Origin: Elainellaceae cyanobacterium | GTDB taxonomy: Bacteria > Cyanobacteriota > Cyanobacteriia > CAZCXK01 | DNA length: 12,729 nucleotides | Direction of reading: 5' to 3' | Assembly (NCBI GenBank): GCA_051117555.1 | Contig: JBNPEG010000136.1 | Span: 9,663-22,391 of the forward strand | In this document: positions 9,168 to 12,729 of the stretch, one piece after another | How positions within the stretch are numbered: the stretch's first letter is position 1 | How the letters are laid out: each line of letters opens with the position of its first letter | Translations under genes and position numbers: made by a program | Notes under the pieces: model-generated | The model's database searches: none | The model's input: the letters and a program-made list of their open reading frames with translations, nothing else | What the model was told of the DNA's origin: nothing

Positions 9168-10532
9168 TTAATGCCCAAACCATTCATCCTGGGCTTCGTC
9201 TTTAGTATTGGTCTGGCGATGGGGAGTTTCTCGCTCAAAGTCCATTTGCACCGACCTCGTTTGTTCTCCATCCGCTGCGATCGCCTCTCCAGAGGTTGCC
9301 TCTGGCTTGACTCCATCAGGTTTTACTGCATCCGATGGTGCTTCCTGCGGCTGCGCTGCGGGCTGTCGGCTCAGCAACCACCAAATCAGCAGCGCCAGGG
9401 CAACTAACGGCAACAGCCACAACAGCCATGGAAATGCGGCTGCTTGCGATCGCGTCGGCGCAGCATAGCCCATCACAGGGGCACCGATAGGCTCACCGGC
9501 CAGAGTCCAGAAGCGCAATGTGCCGTCTGCGCCACCACTGGCGAGGGTTTCTCCATCGGGGCTAAACGCCACGGCGCTCACCGCTCCCTCATGTCCAACA
9601 ATCGGTGCCCCAATCGGAGTGCCATCTGGAGCCCAAACCCTCACGGTGCCATCGTTTCCTCCGCTGACTAGTGCCTGCCCAACGGGGCTAAATGCCACGG
9701 CATTCACAATTCCGTCATGTCCGAGAAACGGAACGCCTAGGGGAGTCCCGTCGAGATTCCATAATCGGACGCTGCCATCTTCACCCGTGCTGGCGATCGC
9801 CTGTCCGTCAGGGCTAACAGAAACAGAATTGACGCCTCCTCTATGAGCAGAAATAATTTGCCCGGCAAGCAGACCATCAAAGCCCCACAGACGAACACTG
9901 CCATCTTCTCCACCGCTAACGATTGTTTGACCGTCTGGGCTGACGGCTACAGATTCGACGGCTTCGCTATGTCCGCGAAACGGCTCTGTAAGCGGCGTAC
10001 CGTCGAGAGACCACAGGCGAATTGTACTGTCGTCGCCTGCACTTATCAGAGTTTGCCCATCAGGGCTAAATGCCAGCGATCGCACGGCTCCGTCATGCCC
10101 AATGAACGGCTCCCCGACCGCATTTCCGTCCAAATCCCACAGGCGAATGGTGCTGTCGTCGCCTGCACTGGCTATCAAATCGCCCGTCGGGCTAACTATG
10201 ACCGACCGCACGGTATTCTCATGCCCAACAAACGGGTCGCGCACCAGCATGCCGTCTAAATTCCATAGACGAACCGTATTTCCTTCGCCTGCCCCGGCGA
10301 TCGCGGCAGCATCTGGGCTAAAGGCGATCGCCCCCGATGAAATGACGCTGCTCAACACAACAGGCTCGACCAACACCGGAATCTCTGCTTGGGCGACGAT
10401 GTCCCCCTCTGCAATGGCCTCCGCCTTAGCGAGGTTAGCGGCTTCAATCACCTCTTGCCCCAAGACTGAGCTGGCGGCGGCTGAGGCAACTAGGGTAAGG
10501 ATAAGCGCAGTAGTGTTCTGACGGTTAAACAT
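9168..10532 (-). CDS. WD40-repeat protein (7 repeats) with putative N-terminal signal peptide and C-terminal transmembrane anchor
   Basis: Seven 42-aa repeats of consensus GH.GAV.SVAFSPDGQ.I.S.G.DGTVRLW.LDG (the first lacks GH). The N-terminus MFNRQNTTALILTLVASAAASSVLGQE looks like a signal peptide. Hydrophobic FPWLLWLLPLVALALLIWWLL is followed by a polar, acidic tail. Confidence 0.9.
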   Translation of the reverse strand: MFNRQNTTALILTLVASAAASSVLGQEVIEAANLAKAEAIAEGDIVAQAEIPVLVEPVVLSSVISSGAIAFSPDAAAIAGAGEGNTVRLWNLDGMLVRDPFVGHENTVRSVIVSPTGDLIASAGDDSTIRLWDLDGNAVGEPFIGHDGAVRSLAFSPDGQTLISAGDDSTIRLWSLDGTPLTEPFRGHSEAVESVAVSPDGQTIVSGGEDGSVRLWGFDGLLAGQIISAHRGGVNSVSVSPDGQAIASTGEDGSVRLWNLDGTPLGVPFLGHDGIVNAVAFSPVGQALVSGGNDGTVRVWAPDGTPIGAPIVGHEGAVSAVAFSPDGETLASGGADGTLRFWTLAGEPIGAPVMGYAAPTRSQAAAFPWLLWLLPLVALALLIWWLLSRQPAAQPQEAPSDAVKPDGVKPEATSGEAIAADGEQTRSVQMDFERETPHRQTNTKDEAQDEWFGH

Positions 10533-10598
10533 GATGGCGATGCGAGCAGCCCGATTTAGTCTTGTAAATGATAGGGCAAATGAGGAGTTTAAAAAATA

Positions 10599-10627
10599 TG
10601 ACGCGATTATAGGTCAACGCAGCGTCA
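10599..10627 (-). promoter_or_regulatory. Candidate promoter of the WD40 gene: TATAAT -10 box bracketed by an inverted repeat
   Basis: Minus-strand TATAAT at 10611-10606, about 75 nt upstream of the ATG. TGACGC (10599-10604) and GCGTCA (10622-10627) form an inverted pair around it. There is no good -35 at canonical spacing. Confidence 0.4.
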
Positions 10628-10645
10628 ATTGCGAGTGCCATATTT

Positions 10646-10684
10646 GAGGGCGGAGGTCGGAGGGCGGAGGGCGGAGGGCAGAGG
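10646..10684. repeat. Heptamer tandem repeat (GAGGGCG) x5 plus a partial copy, STRR-like
   Basis: GAGGGCG GAGGTCG GAGGGCG GAGGGCG GAGGGCA GAGG. Confidence 0.9.
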
Positions 10685-10761
10685 ATTGAGAGCTAATACC
10701 AATTCTCCAAAGTAACGCTCAGATAAACAGGCTGGACTCTAATCAGGTCTTGTGCCCGTCT

Positions 10762-10792
10762 ATCCAAAATCCAAAATCCAAAATCCAAAATC
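10762..10792. repeat. Heptamer tandem repeat (ATCCAAA) x4 plus a partial copy, STRR-like
   Basis: ATCCAAA ATCCAAA ATCCAAA ATCCAAA ATC. Heptamer tandem repeats are typical of filamentous cyanobacteria. Confidence 0.9.
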
Positions 10793-10815
10793 GGTATAAC
10801 TGCCCAAGAACGCCC

Positions 10816-10841
10816 AAAAAAAAGCCCCGAAGAGTGGGGCT
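10816..10841 (-). terminator. Rho-independent terminator on the minus strand
   Basis: Minus strand reads AGCCCC-ACTCTTC-GGGGCT followed by a T-run (8 A at 10816-10823 on the + strand). Confidence 0.8.
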
Positions 10842-10890
10842 CAGGACACAACCGATTGACACGGTTTTAGTGTGCCCGTTTTACTAAGAC
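10816..10890 (-). ncRNA. Candidate small regulatory RNA (two hairpins, 5' end uncertain)
   Basis: Minus strand: GGGCAC-ACUAA-AACCG-UGUCAAU-CGGUU-GUGUCC-UG then the terminator. GGGCAC/GUGUCC includes a G-U pair that works only on this strand, and AACCG/CGGUU is an inner stem. No credible minus-strand CDS explains the terminator. Confidence 0.55.
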
Positions 10891-11027
10891 GACTAACGAG
10901 AGCGATCGCTCTAGCAATTATTTTCAGAACACTCTCAGAACAGAAGCAAACCTGCCTACACACGCAATAGGGCAACCAAAAAGATAATTCAGAATCTCTT
11001 AGGCTGGCTTTAAGCTTTCCCATCAAA

Positions 11028-11067
11028 CTCTTAGCGTTCTCTCAGGTTAAGGTCAGTGACCGTTCAG
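11028..11067 (+). promoter_or_regulatory. Array of four direct repeats phased at 11 bp, candidate OmpR/PhoB-family binding site
   Basis: T(T/C)AG cores at 11031, 11042, 11053 and 11064 (CTCTTAG, CTCTCAG, AGGTCAG, CGTTCAG). A second 11-bp pair, TTTTCAGAACA/CTCTCAGAACA, lies at 10921-10942. Confidence 0.5.
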
Positions 11068-11140
11068 ACTGCGATCGCATCATAGGAAGTAAGCAAAGGG
11101 AAACACCACAACCGCAAGATTCTAAAAAGGAGTTTGAATT

Positions 11141-11497
11141 ATGAAACGCTTTATCACCGCATCACTTGCTGCTATCGCGACCGCTTCTTTTGCTTTACCT
11201 GCCGCCGCACTCTCAGACCGTCAGCGCGATGAATTCTTAGGCGGACAAGGCAATCAACTCTCAGACCGCCAGCGCGATGAATTCTTAGGCGGACAGGGCA
11301 ATCAACTATCTGACCGTCAGCGGGATGAATTTTTCGAGGGTCTAGGTAACAAGCTCTCTGAACGCCAGCGTGAAGAACGCTTCGAAACGTTGGATAACAA
11401 GCTTTCTGACCGCCAGCGCGACGAATTCCTCGGTGGTCAAGGAAACAAACTATCAGACCGCCAGCGCGAAGAACGCAATGAAACCCTGAATAATTGA
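11141..11497 (+). CDS. Small secreted protein consisting of a Sec signal peptide plus six tandem 16-aa repeats (unknown function)
   Basis: Strong RBS AAGGAG at 11127-11132. Signal peptide MKRFITASLAAIATASFALPAAA with an AxA cleavage site. Repeat consensus LS(D/E)RQR(D/E)E(F/R)xxxxxN(Q/K). Differences between same-type repeat copies are mostly synonymous in this frame. Confidence 0.88.
   Translation: MKRFITASLAAIATASFALPAAALSDRQRDEFLGGQGNQLSDRQRDEFLGGQGNQLSDRQRDEFFEGLGNKLSERQREERFETLDNKLSDRQRDEFLGGQGNKLSDRQREERNETLNN
11210..11494 (+). repeat. Coding tandem repeat, 48-nt unit x6 (last unit 45 nt)
   Basis: Units start at 11210, 11258, 11306, 11354, 11402 and 11450. Units 1 and 2 are 46/48 identical. 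Confidence 0.93.
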
Positions 11498-11633
11498 TAA
11501 TAGCTGATGTCAACTAATGCGCGTTACTGTCTACGTAGCTCACATGTTCGACGTTCTCACGTAGTAGCGCATAGCTGTAGTCACTACTTCCCTGTACCGA
11601 ACGTATTCCTTACACCAGATGTTCCTCATACCC

Positions 11634-11715
11634 ACAGCTTTATCAGGTTCAAATCTCGGATGACTCGCTTTCCGCACTTCGTGCACGGGCGTCCTGGGAC
11701 TCCTGATAAAGCTGT
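11634..11715. repeat. 82-bp element bounded by perfect 14-bp inverted repeats; long hairpin between convergent genes
   Basis: ACAGCTTTATCAGG (11634-11647) and CCTGATAAAGCTGT (11702-11715). The interior also pairs: TCTC/GGGA, GGATG/CGTCC, CTCG/CGGG, GCAC/GTGC. Confidence 0.8.
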
Positions 11716-11748
11716 TTCATTATTGATAGCAAGGTTGGGTTTCCTGCA

Positions 11749-12495
11749 TCAACCTAACCTATGGCGGAGTGGGCGATCGCTCTCCGCTTTTGGTGCACCA
11801 ACTTCGAGTAAGAACGAGGTACGGTGCTGCTTACGTTGATTTTTTACTTCCACATCCATAATCCATTGCACATTTCCTTGAAGGGTAGGATACCGGCCAA
11901 ACCCTCCAGATGAGGGAAGCCATTTAGGAATTTGTATGGCGAACGGTACTTGGACCTTTGGCTGCTTCCTGACCATCGTCTGAGCAAGTACCAGTTCCTC
12001 GTGGAGCGTTTCCTGAGCGCGTTTCCTGAAATTGACAATACGACGCTGAGATGCACCATGAGAGAGAGTTGTTCGCACTGTTTTGGGAGAATGATGGACG
12101 CTGTTTTGTAAGCATTGCACGGTAGCGGTTGCTGTTAACTCATTTGGATCAACGTTTTGATCGTGCAATTGAAGGATATAGACCACGGTGTAGGTGTTAC
12201 CACGATGCAACTGTCTACAGGGGATTGCAAGACAGTCGCTCTTAACATACAAAATTCTTCGATGAAGTCTGTAGGCTAGCCAGCCTAGACTTGCCATTAA
12301 AGCAATGCAGCACAAAGCCAAACCGGGATTCTCCTGGATTTGCCCTATCCCCAATACCAAGGCAAATAAGGCGATAGTAACTGCCAGAAGCAGTAACAGC
12401 CTATCTTTAGGTTGGCTTTGTCCTAATAGTAGAAAGGTTTCTTCACGTGCTCCCCAATCTTGTCTTGAATGGAATTCATCGAAATTCTGAGACAT
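11749..12495 (-). CDS. Hypothetical membrane protein: two N-terminal TM helices plus a soluble beta-rich domain
   Basis: 248-aa ORF with hydrophobic segments LLLLLAVTIALFALVLGIG and LALCCIALMASLGWLAY, followed by alternating-pattern beta-strand-like segments (YTVVYILQL, TATATVQC, VQVPFAIQIP, VQWIMDVEV, TSFLLEV). Confidence 0.7.
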   Translation of the reverse strand: MSQNFDEFHSRQDWGAREETFLLLGQSQPKDRLLLLLAVTIALFALVLGIGQIQENPGLALCCIALMASLGWLAYRLHRRILYVKSDCLAIPCRQLHRGNTYTVVYILQLHDQNVDPNELTATATVQCLQNSVHHSPKTVRTTLSHGASQRRIVNFRKRAQETLHEELVLAQTMVRKQPKVQVPFAIQIPKWLPSSGGFGRYPTLQGNVQWIMDVEVKNQRKQHRTSFLLEVGAPKAESDRPLRHRLG

Positions 12496-12681
12496 GACTC
12501 AATCAAAATTTGTTCTATCTCATGTTCTGACCTTTATAAGTTGTATCCTCAAAATGATAAGAAGTTTTTAAAGATCAATTTCATAATTTAGTGCGATCGC
12601 TCTGACAAAACTCTTAGGGTTTTAGCATCTCTTTAGCCCCTTCAATAAAGAACTTTGCCACTGGATGGTCAATCATCTTTT

Positions 12682-12729
12682 CTAGAGCTGCGAAGCTACC
12701 TGCGTTAACTCCCCGCAGAAGTCATGTAG
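12682..12729 (-). CDS. Possible 3' end of a minus-strand gene entering from beyond the window
   Basis: An open frame from the window edge reads LHDFCGELTQVASQL then TAG (12684-12682), in a more GC-rich stretch than the adjacent intergenic DNA. Only 16 codons are visible. Confidence 0.25.
   Translation of the reverse strand, partial: LHDFCGELTQVASQL

Larger units (their letters stand above)
1266..12600. repeat. HIP1 (GCGATCGC) dispersed palindromes, about 27 copies
   Basis: Manual count at 1266, 1904, 2307, 2468, 2719, 3133, 3614, 3653, 3784, 5261, 5497, 6344, 6395, 6566, 6694, 7390, 9097, 9277, 9446, 9793, 10076, 10297, 10324, 10902, 11071, 11773 and 12593. This is a cyanobacterial signature. 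Confidence 0.92.

Noticed and set aside
1518..10521. Numerous short alternative-frame and antisense ORFs inside the kinase, regulator, ATPase and WD40 genes
   Set aside because: They are nested in, or almost wholly overlap, well-supported long genes and lack motifs, as expected of shadow ORFs.
10841..11026. 61-aa minus-strand ORF ending at the orphan terminator
   Set aside because: It has no recognisable features, runs through the phased-repeat promoter region, and its stop abuts the hairpin. The sRNA interpretation fits the structure better, but the ORF cannot be fully excluded without Ribo-seq.
11210..11494. 48-nt periodic repeats as a CRISPR array
   Set aside because: The units are contiguous with no unique spacers, vary mainly at third codon positions, and lie in an ORF with an RBS and signal peptide. 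No cas genes are in the window.
11141..11497. Classical RiPP precursor (cyanobactin or microviridin type)
   Set aside because: The leader is a Sec-type signal peptide without recognisable RiPP leader motifs, and no modifying enzyme, protease or transporter gene is in the window. It is retained only as a looser polyprotein hypothesis.
11172..11839. ORFs 11172-11513(-) and 11507-11839(+)
   Set aside because: The first is the antisense shadow of the repeat gene. The second crosses hairpin elements, overlaps the convergent gene and shows no protein-like features.

Overview
Cyanobacterial chromosomal window, identified by about 27 HIP1 octamers (GCGATCGC, manual count) and heptamer tandem repeats. 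The left 7.5 kb is a tightly coupled three-gene phosphorelay operon: an RcaC-like regulator (REC-wHTH-Hpt-REC-REC), a 1712-aa soluble sensor kinase (CBS pair, 9 PAS/PAC, GAF, HisKA, HATPase) and a single-domain CheY/RcaF-like receiver. Next come a stand-alone AAA_35-type P-loop ATPase and a convergent WD40 protein with 7 repeats, a likely signal peptide and a C-terminal membrane anchor. The most unusual part is 10.8-11.75 kb. It contains an orphan minus-strand terminator ending a two-hairpin sRNA candidate, and a divergent gene for a small secreted protein made entirely of six 16-aa repeats. The sRNA candidate carries an 8-nt segment complementary to that gene's 5' leader, and the region between them has 11-bp-phased direct repeats. 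A long 82-nt hairpin element and a two-TM hypothetical protein follow. All domain calls come from motif recognition by eye; no searches were run.
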